Shown one piece after another: positions 39,185-48,704 of a stretch of 64,000 bases of DNA. Under the pieces are notes generated by a model. That model saw only the letters and a list, made by a program, of their open reading frames with translations, searched no databases and was not told where the DNA came from. Within the stretch, counting starts at the first letter, position 1, and each line of letters begins with the position of its first letter. A program made the position numbers and the translations under genes. The DNA is taken from NCBI GenBank assembly GCA_963719495.1, contig CAVRCI010000001.1, forward strand, positions 256,001 through 320,000, in the 5' to 3' direction. The stretch comes from an uncultured Verrucomicrobiae bacterium. GTDB taxonomy: Bacteria; Verrucomicrobiota; Verrucomicrobiia; Chthoniobacterales; JAATET01.

Positions 39185-40576
39185 ATGTCCGACCCGAAAA
39201 CCTGGCAAAACCCCAGCCCCGGCAACCTCGACGACCTCCTCCCCGAGATCACCGCCTCCCCCGTCGAAGACGCGATCACCCGGTCCAACAAGACGTTCAC
39301 CAACTGGTCCCGCCTCTCGCTCGAGTCCCGCAAGGACGCCCTGCGCGGCTGCCGCACCGCCCTCGAGAACCACCGCGACACCCTCGCCCACTCGATCAGC
39401 CAGGAAACCGGCAAACCCCTCACCGAAGCAAAGGGCGAACTCACCGCCGTGCTCGCGAAATTCGACCACACCTTCGAGGACGCCGACCGCCACATCGCCG
39501 AGCGCCCCGTCACTGGCGGCCCGCACCCCGCCGCCATCCGCACCCGCCCGCGCGGCCCCGCCGCCGTCATCGCCCCGTTCAACTTCCCCATCCACCTCGG
39601 CCACGGAGCCGCCGTCGCCTACCTCCTCGCCGGCAACACCGTCCTCTTCAAACCCTCCCCGCTCGCCGCCGCCACGGGCCGAGCCTACGTCCGCGCCATG
39701 CAGTCCGCCCTCCCCCTTGGCGCGATGGAACTCGTTCAGGGTGGCGGCGCGACCGGTGCCCGCCTCTGCAACCACTCCGACGTCCGCTCGGTCTGCTTCA
39801 CCGGCTCGACCGCCACCGGCCGCCAACTCGCCATCGACCTCGCCGAGGATTACTCGAAATCCCTCGCCCTCGAACTCGGCGGAAAAAACGCCACCATCGT
39901 CCTCGACGACGCCGACCTCCCGACCGCCGCCCGCGCCGTCGCCGATTCCTTCTGCGCGACCGCCGGCCAGCGTTGCAACGCCACCAGCCGCGTTCTCGTC
40001 CACGCCAGCGTTCTGGACGAATTCCTCGACCTCCTCCGCGCCGAAATCGGGCGTTACGTCCCCGGCGACCCGCTCGACGAAGCCACCACGCTCGGCGCGC
40101 TCATCTCCGCCACCGCCGTCGACCGCTACCGCGACCTCACCGCTCTCAATGTCGGCGATTGGATCGTCCCCGGCTCGATCCCCGACGAGGTCGCCGGCCA
40201 CCGTGGCCACTATGTCACCCCCGCCGTCGTCCTCGTCCCCGACGCCTCGCAATTCACCGCCACCCCCCTCCACACCGACGAAGCCTTCTGCCCCATCCTC
40301 GCCGTCCTCCCGGTCTCCAACGACTCCGAGGCCATCCGCATCCACAACACCTCGCCCTACGGCCTCACGGCCTCCATTTTCACCACCGCCCCCGACCGAT
40401 TCGAAGCCATCGGCGACGACCTCCGGGTCGGCAACCTCTACCGCAACCTGCCAACGACCTTCGCCCCGTCCACCCTCCCCTTCGGCGGCCACGGCATCTC
40501 GGGAAATGGCAAACCCGGAGCCCGCGGCTTCATCCGCTACTGCGCCGACGAACAAGCCGTGCAGCTTGGTGAGTAG
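39185..40576 (+). CDS. Aldehyde dehydrogenase, succinylglutamate-semialdehyde dehydrogenase (AstD)-like
   Basis: PFNFPIHL, FKPS, FTGS, ALELGGKN, AGQRC; C-terminal PFGGHGISGNGKP...YC resembles AstD. Confidence 0.8.
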   Translation: MSDPKTWQNPSPGNLDDLLPEITASPVEDAITRSNKTFTNWSRLSLESRKDALRGCRTALENHRDTLAHSISQETGKPLTEAKGELTAVLAKFDHTFEDADRHIAERPVTGGPHPAAIRTRPRGPAAVIAPFNFPIHLGHGAAVAYLLAGNTVLFKPSPLAAATGRAYVRAMQSALPLGAMELVQGGGATGARLCNHSDVRSVCFTGSTATGRQLAIDLAEDYSKSLALELGGKNATIVLDDADLPTAARAVADSFCATAGQRCNATSRVLVHASVLDEFLDLLRAEIGRYVPGDPLDEATTLGALISATAVDRYRDLTALNVGDWIVPGSIPDEVAGHRGHYVTPAVVLVPDASQFTATPLHTDEAFCPILAVLPVSNDSEAIRIHNTSPYGLTASIFTTAPDRFEAIGDDLRVGNLYRNLPTTFAPSTLPFGGHGISGNGKPGARGFIRYCADEQAVQLGE

Positions 40577-40644
40577 TTTGAAGTCGAGAGTCATGAGTTG
40601 AGAGTCACCAAAGCGGCAAAGCCGCGCCCCATCGTCCAAAAAAA

Positions 40645-40741
40645 CCTGTCATGCTGAGCGAAGCGAAGCATCTCTGGCTTCTCACCTCATCTTTCCTCCG
40701 TCCAACCTGTCATGCTGAGCGAAGCGAAGCATCTCTGGCTT
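40645..40741 (+). repeat. Two direct copies of family A repeat
   Basis: cctgtcatgctgagcgaagcgaagcatctctggctt at 40645 and 40706. Confidence 0.85.
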
Positions 40742-40830
40742 ACACTCTTCACCCGCCACCCCGCCACCCGCCCCCCCCCGAAGCCGCCCGCATTGACTCC
40801 GCCCTCCCGACTCTCAACTATCGGCTTTCT

Positions 40831-41994
40831 TTGAAACGCGGCTTCCTCGACAAACTTATCAACCGCATCGGCGTCGTGCAGCCAGCCGACGTCCAAAATT
40901 ACCTCGTCGAGCTTGCCCGCGAGAAGGGCTTCCTCGAGACCATCTTCAACGCCATCCTCGAAGGCGTCATCGTCACCGACCCCCGCGGTCGCGTCATTTA
41001 CCTCAACAGCGCCGCCGCCAGCTTCTTCGGCATCGAAGTCGAACGCAGCATCGGCCGCGCCCTCCAGGAGATCGTCAAGGGCCTCGACATCGCGGCCATC
41101 ACGGCGTCGGGCCAGACGGTGAACCGCGACCTCGAAGTCTTCTATCCCGAGAACCGCTTCCTCAATTTCTACGTCGTCCCGATCCTCAGCGACGACGGCC
41201 AGACGACCGAGGCCCACGCCATCATCCTCCGCGACGCCACCGAGAGCCGCCGGTCCGCCGAGGAGACCATCGAGTCCGAGCGCTTCACCGCCCTCACCCA
41301 CCTCGCCGCCGGCGTCGCCCACGAAATCGGCAACCCGCTCAACTCCCTCAACATCCACCTCCAGCTCCTCGCCCGCCGCGCCAAAAAGCTCCCGCAAAAA
41401 ATCCGCACGACCTACGAGGAAAGCATCCGCGTCGCCCGCGAAGAGGTCGGCCGCCTCGACCACATCATCTCGCAATTTCTCCGCGCGATCCGCCCCCAGC
41501 CCATCGAAACCCACCCCGCGAACCTCAACACCATCGTCCGCGAATCCCTCGCCTTCCTCGCGCCCGAACTCGACAACCGCAACATCCTCGTCGAAACCCA
41601 CCTCGACGAAAGCCTCCCGCCCACCGACCTCGACGCCGACCAGATCAAGCAGGCTCTCTACAACGTCATCCGCAACAGCCTCCAGGCCATGAGCAATGGC
41701 GGCATCCTCCGCGTCACCACCGCCCGCGACGAGACCCACTTCACCGTCACCTTCGCCGACACCGGCGGCGGCATTTCCAACGACGACATGGGCCGCGTCT
41801 TCCAACCGTATTACACGACGAAGGAAAACGGCACCGGCCTCGGCCTCCTCATCGTCCGCCGAATCGTCCGAGCCCACGGCGGCGAAATCGCCATCGAAAG
41901 CACCGCCGGGAAAGGCCTCAACTTCATCATCCGCCTCCCCCGGGTCGATCACCACGTCCGGCTACTGGAGGACCAGTGGAGTTTTAAGAATTAA
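40831..41994 (+). CDS. PAS-domain sensor histidine kinase (NtrB-like), no adjacent response regulator
   Basis: LAAGVAHEIGNPL, QALYNVIRNS, DTGGGI, GTGLGL; TTG start inferred. Confidence 0.88.
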   Translation: MKRGFLDKLINRIGVVQPADVQNYLVELAREKGFLETIFNAILEGVIVTDPRGRVIYLNSAAASFFGIEVERSIGRALQEIVKGLDIAAITASGQTVNRDLEVFYPENRFLNFYVVPILSDDGQTTEAHAIILRDATESRRSAEETIESERFTALTHLAAGVAHEIGNPLNSLNIHLQLLARRAKKLPQKIRTTYEESIRVAREEVGRLDHIISQFLRAIRPQPIETHPANLNTIVRESLAFLAPELDNRNILVETHLDESLPPTDLDADQIKQALYNVIRNSLQAMSNGGILRVTTARDETHFTVTFADTGGGISNDDMGRVFQPYYTTKENGTGLGLLIVRRIVRAHGGEIAIESTAGKGLNFIIRLPRVDHHVRLLEDQWSFKN

Positions 41995-42057
41995 GTTTGG
42001 AAGGATTAAGAAAAACCGGCACCAGACGTCATCCCACCAACTTAATTCTTAAAACTC
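41979..42057. repeat. 19 bp perfect AT-rich inverted repeat with 41 nt spacer
   Basis: gagttttaagaattaagtt / aacttaattcttaaaactc; contains the kinase stop codon. Confidence 0.8.
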
Positions 42058-42079
42058 ACAACTTAAAACTCCTCCCCCC

Positions 42080-45000
42080 ATGCGGCCGCTCACCCTTTTC
42101 CTCGCCTTCGTCGCCGCCGTCACCACCACCCTCGGCGTCGCCTGGCTCCAACAACCCCAAACCAGCGGCGAGCTCGTCGGCCACGCCGCGAAGATCCGCT
42201 ACTTCTTCGACCTCATCCTGGCCGACGGCCACGTCCCCGCCTGGCTCCCCGGCTACCTCACCGGCTCCCCCACCGCCACGCTCCTCAGCTTCGCTCTCGC
42301 GATTCCCGTCTACCTACCCGGCATCCTCATTGCCGGCCCGGTCGTCGGCATGAAAATCACTGGCCTCCTCCTCCTCGCCGCCGGGGGCTTCGCCGCGTTC
42401 CTCCTGGGTCGCCGAATCAGCGGCAACGGCTGGACCGGATTTGCCGTCGGCACCATCTACCTGCTCGCCCCGCAGGTCCTCCTCCGCCTCGGCTGGCAGG
42501 AGCACATGACCATCGTCGTCACCTACCCGCTCGTTCCCCTCGCGTTCTGGTCCCTCCTCCGCATCGCCGACCGCGGCACCCCGTTCGATTCGATCCTCTT
42601 CGCCACCATCTTCTCCGCCACGCTCCTAGCCTGGAGCAAAATGGGCGCAACGATGGTCATCCCGCTCGCGATCTTCAGCACCTGGCTCTTCGTAACGCGG
42701 CCAGCTGACCGCGCGAAATTACTTCACGCCCTCCTCTGGGTCATCCCCGCCGTCGTCATCCTCGGCGTCCTCGCGCTCATCCCCCTCCTCCGCGAACGCG
42801 CCTACATGGCCGTCTTCGAACTCGAACCCTTCGACGCGTGGCAGGCCCAATATTCCGTAAAAACGGCCACCTCCTGGTTCGACCGCGGCGGAGTCCTCTT
42901 CCGCTCACTCCCCCCAGCCTTCGGCATCGACCGAGGAGCCTACTACCTCGGCCTCCTCGGCCTGGCCGCCGTCGCAACGCACCTCACGCTGAATTGGAAG
43001 CCAAGACCAATCCGAAATCCGAAATCCGAAATCCGAAATCTCCCCCCCTTCCTGGCAATCGCCTTAACCACCCTCTGGCTCTCCTTCGGCCCCCGGTCCG
43101 TTTGGCAGGCCAACTCCGCGTTCCTCGGATCGGCCATGCGCCTCGACGACCTCGTCATCCCGCTCCACTGGCTCGCCTTCGCCGCCCCCGCAATCGTCAT
43201 CTGGTGGCTCTGCCAGCGCACATTTCGCATTCCGCATTGGCCATTTCTCATTCTCACCCTAACCTACTACTTCGTCCCCGGCTTCCGCCTCGTCGAGATC
43301 CTGCCGGTCTATCAGGACCTCCGGGCTCCCGACTCGTTCTTCATTCTCAACACCACCCTCGCGTGGTCCGTCTGCGTCGGCGTCGCAACGACCGGACTCC
43401 TCGCCCGCATCAACCGACCCGCGATCCGCATCGCCGCCGCCGCGGGAGCTCTCGCGTTCGTCGTTTGGGATTCGTCCATTTACGCCCGCTGGTTTTTCCG
43501 CAGCGACCTCGCGCCGTCCGCAATCGCGAATTATTCGGAAGCCGCCGCGAAGCTGGCCGCCGGCACCGGCAAAATCTTCCCGCTCTCCGGGCGCTACTTC
43601 TACCTCGATCTCCCGACCACCGCCGACCGCCCCGTCGCCATCGAAGCGCTCAACCGCTACCTCATGCCGCGCTACGCCTCGCGCCTGCAGGTGGCCTCGC
43701 GCCTTTCCGCCGCCGACCTGCTCGCCTACCTCCGCCTCGCGGGCATCACCGATCTCCTCCTCGACAAAAACGACCCCACCATCCCCGACAACTACAAGAC
43801 CTGGGTCCGAACCCTCCTCCCCGTCACCTACGAAAATCCGGACTTCGCCATCCTCCACAACCCCAACGCGCTCCACCCCGCCTTCGCCGCCACCCAGATC
43901 GTTCCCGCCGCCCCCGACCTCCAAGAGACCACCGACGCCCTCCAGCAAAGCCAGGACTCGATCCTGACCGTCGCCGGAATCGACGGCCCGGCCGGAACGC
44001 CAAGCCATTTCGAAGCGGTCGCCGTCACCGCCCCGGATTCCGACACCCGCGAGATCACCCTCCGCGGCCAAGCCGAATGGATCGTCCTCGACGAAGCCTG
44101 GCACCCCGACTGGCACGCCGAAATCGATGGCGAGGCCACCCCCGTCCACCGCGCCGCCGGAGCCTTCCCCGCCGCCCAAGTCGCGGCGGCAGACCAGACC
44201 CTCACCTTCATTTTCCAGCCTCCCGCCTGGTATCCGCTCACCCTCGGCACCTCCGCAGCCGCCTGGCTAGCCGCCCTCGCGTTCCTCATCACCGCCCCAA
44301 AACGCCTCCGAACCCCCGCGACCACCCATCCACCAATCACCATTCACCAATCACCAATCACCAACCCAATCACCCTCCTCCCCACCTACAACGAAGCCGC
44401 CAACGTCACCCCGATCGTCACCGAAATTCTCGCCGCCGACCCGCGACTCACGGTCCTCGTGATCGACGACGCCTCCCCCGACGGCACCGCCGATCAGGTC
44501 CGCGCCCACCCCTCCTTCGGAACCCGCGTCCACCTCCTCGCCCGCCCCGCCAAGCTCGGCCTCGGCTCCGCCTACCGCGAAGGCTTCCAGTGGGCCATCG
44601 ACCACGGCCACGACGCCGCCCTCGAGATGGACGCCGATCATTCCCACGACCCCACCGACGTCCCACGACTCCTCGCCGCCCTCGACGCCGGAGCCGACGC
44701 CGCCATCGGCAGCCGATACCTCGACGGCACCCGCGTTGTGAATTGGCCCCGCCACCGCCTCGCCCTCAGCACCTTCGCCACCAATTACACCCGCGCCCTC
44801 ACCGGCCTCCCGCTCACCGACGCCACCAGCGGATTCAAAGCCCTCCGCACCACCGCCCTCCGATCCATCCCCCGCGAGACCCTGCGCGCCGACGGCTACG
44901 GTTTCCAAATCGAACTCCACTGGCTGCTCTGGAAAACCGGGCACCACCTCGTCGAACTCCCGATCACCTTCACCGAGCGCCGAGCCGGCCAAACCAAAAT

Positions 45001-45082
45001 GACCCCCGCCATCGCCATCGAAGCCGCCATCCTCGTCCTCCGCCTCGCCTTCCGCCACCGGGAGTCGACGCGGCCCAGTTGA
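42080..45082 (+). CDS. Fusion of a multi-TM GT-C/YfhO-like domain and a C-terminal GT2 polyprenol-phosphate mannose synthase (DPM1/Ppm1-like)
   Basis: N-terminal GHVPAWLPGYLTGSP, many TMs, and WIVLDEAWHPDWHAEIDG (YfhO-like). C-terminal LPTYNEAAN, IDDASPDGT, KLGLGSAYREGF, EMDADHSHDP, DATSGFKA, GYGFQIEL, PITFTERRAGQTKM. Confidence 0.85.
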   Translation: MRPLTLFLAFVAAVTTTLGVAWLQQPQTSGELVGHAAKIRYFFDLILADGHVPAWLPGYLTGSPTATLLSFALAIPVYLPGILIAGPVVGMKITGLLLLAAGGFAAFLLGRRISGNGWTGFAVGTIYLLAPQVLLRLGWQEHMTIVVTYPLVPLAFWSLLRIADRGTPFDSILFATIFSATLLAWSKMGATMVIPLAIFSTWLFVTRPADRAKLLHALLWVIPAVVILGVLALIPLLRERAYMAVFELEPFDAWQAQYSVKTATSWFDRGGVLFRSLPPAFGIDRGAYYLGLLGLAAVATHLTLNWKPRPIRNPKSEIRNLPPFLAIALTTLWLSFGPRSVWQANSAFLGSAMRLDDLVIPLHWLAFAAPAIVIWWLCQRTFRIPHWPFLILTLTYYFVPGFRLVEILPVYQDLRAPDSFFILNTTLAWSVCVGVATTGLLARINRPAIRIAAAAGALAFVVWDSSIYARWFFRSDLAPSAIANYSEAAAKLAAGTGKIFPLSGRYFYLDLPTTADRPVAIEALNRYLMPRYASRLQVASRLSAADLLAYLRLAGITDLLLDKNDPTIPDNYKTWVRTLLPVTYENPDFAILHNPNALHPAFAATQIVPAAPDLQETTDALQQSQDSILTVAGIDGPAGTPSHFEAVAVTAPDSDTREITLRGQAEWIVLDEAWHPDWHAEIDGEATPVHRAAGAFPAAQVAAADQTLTFIFQPPAWYPLTLGTSAAAWLAALAFLITAPKRLRTPATTHPPITIHQSPITNPITLLPTYNEAANVTPIVTEILAADPRLTVLVIDDASPDGTADQVRAHPSFGTRVHLLARPAKLGLGSAYREGFQWAIDHGHDAALEMDADHSHDPTDVPRLLAALDAGADAAIGSRYLDGTRVVNWPRHRLALSTFATNYTRALTGLPLTDATSGFKALRTTALRSIPRETLRADGYGFQIELHWLLWKTGHHLVELPITFTERRAGQTKMTPAIAIEAAILVLRLAFRHRESTRPS

Positions 45083-45114
45083 CAGATTTATAGATTGCTG
45101 CGAGACATATTTCT

Positions 45115-45375
45115 GTGAAAACCACGCTGGATCTCGACGACGACCTGCACGCGCGGGCCAAATCCTTCGCCGCGCGACAACGGATCCCGCTCACGCGCTT
45201 GATCGAACAAGCGCTCACGGATCGGCTCGACGGAATCAACCCAGCCGACTCCGCCACCCCGATCGAAGTGCCGACTTTCCGCCTGGGACTCAAAAGAAAA
45301 TTCAAATCCGCGAATCTCAATCACCTTGCCGCCGAACTCGGAGACGAGGCCACGCTCAGCCGGCGACGTTCGTGA
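45115..45375 (+). CDS. vapB: VapB-like ribbon-helix-helix antitoxin
   Basis: MKTTLDLDDDLHARAK...LTRLIEQAL; overlaps vapC (GTGA). Confidence 0.82.
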   Translation: MKTTLDLDDDLHARAKSFAARQRIPLTRLIEQALTDRLDGINPADSATPIEVPTFRLGLKRKFKSANLNHLAAELGDEATLSRRRS

Positions 45376-45803
45376 TCCTTCCCGACGTCAATTTGCTCAT
45401 CTACGCTCACGACGAGGATTCCCACTGGCACGCCCGCGCCCGCGAATGGTGGAGCGGCTTGCTCAATGGCCGCGAGCCAGTCGGCATTCCGTGGATGGTC
45501 AGCGTTGGTTTCTTGCGGCTGATCACGCACCCAGAGCTCTCCAAGGATCCGTGTTCACCCGATCAAGCCGCCGCGATTCTGAAAGTTTGGTTTTCGACGC
45601 GGCACGTTCGCCCCCTTGCTCCCGGCCGCGATCACTACCGCCATTTTCAAACCTTGTTCACATCGCAATCCGTCACCGGCAACTTGATCAACGACGCCCA
45701 CATCGCCGCCATCGCGCTCGAGCACGAAGCCTGCATCCACTCGAACGACACCGACTTCGCGCGCTTCCCCGGCGTCCAATTCCACAACCCGCTCGCGGCT
45801 TGA
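45372..45803 (+). CDS. vapC: VapC PIN-domain ribonuclease toxin
   Basis: ILPDVNLLIYA, GNLINDAHIAAIALEH, SNDTDFARFPG. Confidence 0.92.
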   Translation: MILPDVNLLIYAHDEDSHWHARAREWWSGLLNGREPVGIPWMVSVGFLRLITHPELSKDPCSPDQAAAILKVWFSTRHVRPLAPGRDHYRHFQTLFTSQSVTGNLINDAHIAAIALEHEACIHSNDTDFARFPGVQFHNPLAA

Positions 45804-45814
45804 ATCCCCCCCAA

Positions 45815-45848
45815 CTGTCATGTTGAGCGAAGCGAAACATCTCTGGCT
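45815..45848 (+). repeat. Family A repeat
   Basis: ctgtcatgttgagcgaagcgaaacatctctggct. Confidence 0.75.
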
Positions 45849-45866
45849 GACACTCTCACCGCACCA

Positions 45867-48704
45867 GTGACCTCCAATTCCCCCAAGCCCGAACCGACCC
45901 GGACGCGCCTCTTCACCCGCCCCGACTGGATCACCGGCCTCATCGCCGCGATCCTCTCGTTCGCGGTCTACGCGTGGACCGCGGCCCCGAGCGTCACCCT
46001 CCTCGACTCCGGCGAATTCATCCTCGCCGCGCAGAGCTTCGGCGTCCCCCACCCGACCGGCTACCCGCTCTGGACCCTCCTCGCGTGGCTCTTCCAACTC
46101 CTCCCCCTCGGCAACGCCGCGTGGGAAATCACGCTCCTGAGCGCCATCTTCGGCGGGCTCGCCGTCGGCCTCGCCGCCACGCTCATTCGAAACGCGGGCG
46201 CCTGGTGCTTTCCGGCCCTCGCGACCGCCGCCCCCCGCCTCGTCACCTCGCTCGCGATCTCCGGCGCGCTCACCTTCGCGTTCAGCCTCTCGATGTGGTC
46301 GCAGGCCACCATCGTCGAGGTTTACACGCTCCACGCCCTCCTCATCGGGCTCTACCTCACGGCCCTCTACGCGTGGATCCGCCGCCCCACCAGTGAGACC
46401 ACGATTTACTGGGTCTTCTTCACGTTCAGCCTCGCCTTCAGCAATCACCAGCTCACCCTCGCGCTCGCCCCCCTGCCATTCCTCGTCGTCCTCGTTCTCC
46501 GCCGGGACCTCCTCTGGGACCTCGGTGTCGCGGTCGCCGTGAGCACGCTCATCGCCTACCTCGCCTTCGCGCTCTTCACCGACAACCCGGTCGTCATCAA
46601 AGCGGCCATCCGGCTCAGCTACCTCGTCATCACCATCCTCGCGGTCACGCTCGTCGTCCGCCGCTTCCGCCTCCGCTGGAAGCTCATCGCCTTCCTGCCG
46701 CTCGCCATCCTCCTCGGCCTCCTACCCTACGCCTACCTCCCCGTCGCCTCGGCCACGAATCCGCCGATGAACTGGGGTTACACCCGCACCGCCGACGGTT
46801 TCTTCGCCTCGTTCAACCGCTCCCAATACCGCGGCACGCTCTCCGACCAAAGCCTCCGCCTGCTCGGAAAGATCGTCGGCGTCTCCGAGCTTGCCCCAGC
46901 CGCCCCCCCAGCCGCCGCCGCGCGTCCCGTCTCCGCCACCAAACGCGAGATCCAATCCTGGCCCCGCTTCTTCTCGGCAAAATTACTCGACTCGTTCTCG
47001 CCGCTCGCCGTCCTCCTCCTCGCCGCCGCCCTCCTCGCCGCCCTCCGCCAATCCTGGCCGCGCCGCTGCTGGACCCTTGTCCTCCTCGCCGGATTCGGCC
47101 TCTCGGCCTTTCTCCAACCCGCCCTCGACGTCGCCCGCACCGACGTCGCCGGCTGGTGGGTGCAGATGCCCTACCACGCCCACACCAACCTCTTCTTCGC
47201 CGCCCTCTGCGCCCTCGGACTCTTCGAAATCGCCGACCTCCTCCGCCGCGCCCGCGCCTCCCACCGCCTCGCCTGGGCCGGCGTCCTCATCCCGATCTGG
47301 CCGCTCGTCGCCAACCACTCGGTCGCCAGTCAGCGCCACAATTGGCTCGGCTACGACTACGGCCACGAAATGCTGAACGACCTCCCGCCCGGCAGCGTCA
47401 TCCTCGGCGGCACCGACCCCGGTCGCTTCATCCCGACCTACTTCGCCCTCGGCGAAAGCCCCCAGCCGCCCGGCGTCAAACGCGACCCCGACTTCGACCG
47501 CCGCGACCTCTTCGTTCTCACCCAGAACGGCTTCGCCGACCGCCACTACCTCGCCTACGTCCGCGACCAATACACCACCGACCGCCCCGCCCCCGCCAAC
47601 GCCTTCGAACGCTGGCTCGGCCGCGCGACCGCCTACCCCACCGACACCCTCGTCCTCCCCACCCTCGACGAAGTCCGCCAAATCCTCGGCGACGCCTCCG
47701 CCGCCCTCCAGACCCGCCAACCGCCGCCCACACCGGGCGAAATCGCCGAATATTCCCAGGGCGAAATCGTCCGCTGGATCTTCGAACGCAACAAAACCGA
47801 CCACCCCTTCTTCGTCGAGGAAAGCTACCCGCTCCGCTGGAGCTACCCGCACGCCGTCCCCGAGGGCCTCGTCTACCGCATCGCCCCGGAGCCACTCGCC
47901 AGCCTCCCGCGCGAAGTCATCGCGGCGGACACCGCATTCTGGCGCGAAAAAACCGCCACCCTCCTCGCCGATCCGACGTTTCAGCGCGATTTCGACGCCC
48001 ACCGAGCCTTCTCGAAGCTCCGCACCACCGGCGGCAACCTCTACGAATTCCGTCAGCTCCTCCCGGAGGCCACCGCCGCCTACCGACAATCCCTCGCGCT
48101 CAACCCCATCAGCATCGAGGCCCTCCGCGGCCTCACTCGCGTCCTCTGGGCTCAAGGCAACTACGACGAACCCGTCACCCTCCTGGACCAGGCCATCCCG
48201 CTCGACCCCAACAACGAACAACTCCGCGCCGACCACGAAACCGCCACCCGCCGCCGCGACGTCGAACGCGAAATCGACGCCGCCGAAGCCACTTTCGCCG
48301 CCACCCCCGACTCCCTGCCGACCGTCGAGAAACTCATCACCCTCCACTCCCGCGTCGGCGACGCCCCGCGAGTCGCCGCCGTCCTCGCGGAAGCCGACCA
48401 GACTTTCGGCGACGACCCCGCCTTCCTCCTCCTCGCCATCCGCGTCGCCGAGGCGACCAGCGACTGGCCAGCCTCGATCCGCTACGGCCTCCGCCGCACC
48501 GCCGCGGCCCCGAACGACCCCGATGCCTTCTACCGGCTCGGCCGCGCCCAATACGCCGCCGGCCAGCCAACGGCGGTCGCATCCCTCCTGCGCGCCATCG
48601 AACTCGGCGGCCAGAAATACCGCCAACAGCTCTACCAAGACCCGGTCTTTGCAAACTCCGGTGGAGACCAGACCCTCGCCCCCCTCTTCCAAGAAGAGCG
48701 ATGA
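45867..48704 (+). CDS. DUF2723/TMEM260-like GT-C membrane protein with C-terminal TPRs
   Basis: APSVTLLDSGEFILAA..FGVPHPTGYPLW, WSQATIVEVYTLH, NPPMNWG, many TMs, then TPR-like helices (AYRQSLALNP, DQAIPLDPNN, DAFYRLGRAQY). Confidence 0.85.
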   Translation: MTSNSPKPEPTRTRLFTRPDWITGLIAAILSFAVYAWTAAPSVTLLDSGEFILAAQSFGVPHPTGYPLWTLLAWLFQLLPLGNAAWEITLLSAIFGGLAVGLAATLIRNAGAWCFPALATAAPRLVTSLAISGALTFAFSLSMWSQATIVEVYTLHALLIGLYLTALYAWIRRPTSETTIYWVFFTFSLAFSNHQLTLALAPLPFLVVLVLRRDLLWDLGVAVAVSTLIAYLAFALFTDNPVVIKAAIRLSYLVITILAVTLVVRRFRLRWKLIAFLPLAILLGLLPYAYLPVASATNPPMNWGYTRTADGFFASFNRSQYRGTLSDQSLRLLGKIVGVSELAPAAPPAAAARPVSATKREIQSWPRFFSAKLLDSFSPLAVLLLAAALLAALRQSWPRRCWTLVLLAGFGLSAFLQPALDVARTDVAGWWVQMPYHAHTNLFFAALCALGLFEIADLLRRARASHRLAWAGVLIPIWPLVANHSVASQRHNWLGYDYGHEMLNDLPPGSVILGGTDPGRFIPTYFALGESPQPPGVKRDPDFDRRDLFVLTQNGFADRHYLAYVRDQYTTDRPAPANAFERWLGRATAYPTDTLVLPTLDEVRQILGDASAALQTRQPPPTPGEIAEYSQGEIVRWIFERNKTDHPFFVEESYPLRWSYPHAVPEGLVYRIAPEPLASLPREVIAADTAFWREKTATLLADPTFQRDFDAHRAFSKLRTTGGNLYEFRQLLPEATAAYRQSLALNPISIEALRGLTRVLWAQGNYDEPVTLLDQAIPLDPNNEQLRADHETATRRRDVEREIDAAEATFAATPDSLPTVEKLITLHSRVGDAPRVAAVLAEADQTFGDDPAFLLLAIRVAEATSDWPASIRYGLRRTAAAPNDPDAFYRLGRAQYAAGQPTAVASLLRAIELGGQKYRQQLYQDPVFANSGGDQTLAPLFQEER

